A stretch of DNA of 27,554 bases from Dehalococcoidia bacterium (GTDB taxonomy: Bacteria > Chloroflexota > Dehalococcoidia > GIF9 > AB-539-J10). A model generated the notes under the pieces. It was not told the DNA's origin. It was given only the letters and a program-made list of their open reading frames with translations, and did not search any database. A program made the translations under genes and the position numbers. Shown piece by piece: positions 25,726-27,554 of this stretch (position 1 is its first letter; each line of letters starts with the position of its first letter). The DNA is taken from assembly GCA_023129815.1 (NCBI GenBank), contig JAGMBH010000148.1, forward strand, positions 1-27,554, in the 5' to 3' direction.

Positions 25726-27554
25726 CTAAAGTTTAAGCTTTAAGGTTACTATCTCAAAGGGCTTAACTTCTAACCGCAACTTATTACCATCTGCCTTGAG
25801 CTCATATAGCTCCCGCTCGAGCAAGTCGACAACCGCAGCCCGCTTAATCATCCTAAATAGCTCAAGCTCGGCCACAGTAGCTTCTCCGATCGTTTCAAAG
25901 AACCTTAAGACTACTTCATCACTATCCTCAGCCTTTTTAAGCGCTGAGAGGATAAGGTTATCGGGGGAAAGTTTTAAGAAGGAGAATTCTTCCGGGAGTT
26001 CTCCTTGGGAGTTTGTTTGAATACAATAGGGCAGGTGGTGGAAATCCTGAGCTTGCTTATACATTTTAGCTTGCCTCCAATCACCCTCATGAGGCTGAAG
26101 GGCATATTCAAAGAGGTAAGGTCTAAGCTCTAGGGCATCCGGGGTAGGAACTAGGGGGCCAGCTATTCCATCAGCGGAAAGCCCATAGACACTTCTCAAA
26201 AGCCTGATGAAGACGGCGCCTTTCATTATCATAGCTGCCGGCAACCCTTTGTTCATAAAGGTTATCCCTCTTATTCCATTGCTCAGGTCAAACCAGCTGA
26301 GGAAATTAGGTATTCCTGAAGGCTTAAATCCTTCTTCCCTGCTGGTGAAGTATTCTGTAGGCTCAGGAACAACCCCAAATTGTGTCTCCCGGAAATAGAC
26401 CTTCCTCTCCATCCCCGTATCAAACTTAACACTGAGCCTTATGTTAGGATATTTATTCTCAATCTTAGTGATGAACTCAATTCGGGGGAGGTCTCGGAAA
26501 ACTATAACCTCTTTATGGATATCCAGCGTTTTATATTTATAAAGCATGGGGGGAAACCTTTCCTTTAACCTATAAGGCCAAGTGAGGCAATAATACTCAT
26601 CCTCGAAAATTATCTTCGCCTGCAAAACTCCCTTCTCTATCCTGAAGTTCTTGGGTTTAAAACTTCCGTATTTAAGCCCCTCTCCAGATTCGCTCTTTAT
26701 AAGATCAGCAAATCTAGAGCGGTGATAGTAAAGGTCACCTATCTCATCATCGATAAAGATTTCATTTCCCCTAACCAAAAGTTCGCCTTCTTTATCTGAG
26801 ACCTCGATTATGCCGGTCTCCTTATTCACAGCCACTTTATAGAACGGAGTTTCTACGATTTCCCCTTCAACCTTTATCCCACCTTCGGCTTGCCATGCCT
26901 TCGGCTCACAATGACACGGGGGCGGGGTTAGTTTATACATCTTGTAACCCAAAGGTGGGAGGTCACAGGTAAAGCCTATTTTTGCTCCTTCAATCTTATC
27001 TTCTTCACTTTTCCCTATCTCTATAACCTCACTCTCTACCTCTTTTTTTTCCTTTATCCCCGGGACACCCTCATATCCTTGGGGCAATTTTAGCTCAGCT
27101 TCACCCCAATTCCGCATTCTCCAGGGCAAGGGATTGAATGCCAAGAGCGCTTCACCACCAGTGCCAACCTTTCCGGCGATATAAGACAAGGATTGATTTA
27201 AGCTATGGGTAAGTTTTGCTTTAAGGGAGGAGCAAATCTCTTTTACCTCTTCATAAATCTCATCCACCCCACAGCCAGTGACGATGTCATGGAAAGCGAT
27301 AAAAAGGATATTTTCCCAGGCCTCATGCAGTTCAGAAGTGGGATAGTCAGCGCCGAGCAGCCAAGCGATGGTAGCAAATTCCTCTGCAGCCATAAGTAAG
27401 CCTTCGCATTCCCTAGAGCTTTGCACTATCCATAGTCGGCTGGTGCAAACCTGTGGAAATACATCTACAAGCTCATTGTCATATAGTTCCCCTTCCACAA
27501 CCTCGAACTTCTTTTTAGTCTGCTCCAGCGCCTGGAAAAATTCCTTGGGGGTGA
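25726..27554 (-). CDS. GH38 alpha-mannosidase; 5' part lies beyond the window
   Basis: Frame stays open to the window edge (TPKEFFQALEQTKKKFEVVEGELY). AFHDIVTGCG, FNPLPW, ETQFG, NKGLPA and SALKKAED..VVLRFFE. Confidence 0.92.
   Translation of the reverse strand, partial: TPKEFFQALEQTKKKFEVVEGELYDNELVDVFPQVCTSRLWIVQSSRECEGLLMAAEEFATIAWLLGADYPTSELHEAWENILFIAFHDIVTGCGVDEIYEEVKEICSSLKAKLTHSLNQSLSYIAGKVGTGGEALLAFNPLPWRMRNWGEAELKLPQGYEGVPGIKEKKEVESEVIEIGKSEEDKIEGAKIGFTCDLPPLGYKMYKLTPPPCHCEPKAWQAEGGIKVEGEIVETPFYKVAVNKETGIIEVSDKEGELLVRGNEIFIDDEIGDLYYHRSRFADLIKSESGEGLKYGSFKPKNFRIEKGVLQAKIIFEDEYYCLTWPYRLKERFPPMLYKYKTLDIHKEVIVFRDLPRIEFITKIENKYPNIRLSVKFDTGMERKVYFRETQFGVVPEPTEYFTSREEGFKPSGIPNFLSWFDLSNGIRGITFMNKGLPAAMIMKGAVFIRLLRSVYGLSADGIAGPLVPTPDALELRPYLFEYALQPHEGDWRQAKMYKQAQDFHHLPYCIQTNSQGELPEEFSFLKLSPDNLILSALKKAEDSDEVVLRFFETIGEATVAELELFRMIKRAAVVDLLERELYELKADGNKLRLEVKPFEIVTLKLKL
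26891..26916. repeat. Degenerate repeat module inside the GH38 gene
   Basis: Minus strand TGTCATTGTGAGCCGAAGGCATGGCA, encoding CHCEPKAW; shares the TGTCATTG-GAG start with the copies at 201 and 2481-2510. Confidence 0.5.

Noticed and set aside
14123-27399. Remaining 60-160 aa ORF-track entries antisense to or nested in the GT, GH, kinase and regulator genes
   Set aside because: They overlap well-supported CDSs and carry no recognisable motifs; treated as shadows.

Overview
Bacterial chromosomal segment, most consistent with an uncultured Dehalococcoidia (Chloroflexota) genome; this is inferred from gene order and protein style, not from a database search. It has three parts. (1) 1-11457, core genes: a minus-strand run alaS-ruvX-aroE-sppA-aroC-aroK/aroB (aroK and aroB are one fused ORF that runs off the left edge and is missing from the ORF track), then mscS, holA and ychF. 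This run is densely invaded by short palindromic repeats (GTCATT(G/C)(C/T)GAG...CGAAG(C)AATC). Most copies sit in-frame inside essential genes, adding about 10-58 aa to AroB, AroC and RuvX. (2) 11531-13965, a truncated J-domain, a tight block of three small unknown ORFs, a PaaI thioesterase, a stand-alone biotin carrier and small hypotheticals. (3) 14134-27554, a glycosylation/glycoside-turnover locus with three GT4-like/GT-B enzymes, a GT2, GH63, GH130, GH38, FmdB and an HhH-fold protein around a divergent GAF-PAS kinase/OmpR-family pair. Between its genes are at least five unannotated Lys/Pro-rich micro-ORFs of 10-32 aa (e.g. MQKKPKPKPK, MQKKGKPKPK, MAKKPKPKPSGKPKPRGR). Most have strong Shine-Dalgarno sites and they differ mainly at synonymous positions. 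The first lies behind an 11-bp-periodic direct-repeat array shared with the two-component operon. This micropeptide family is the best candidate here for an undescribed system. No tRNA, rRNA, CRISPR array, transposase or integrase was recognised.
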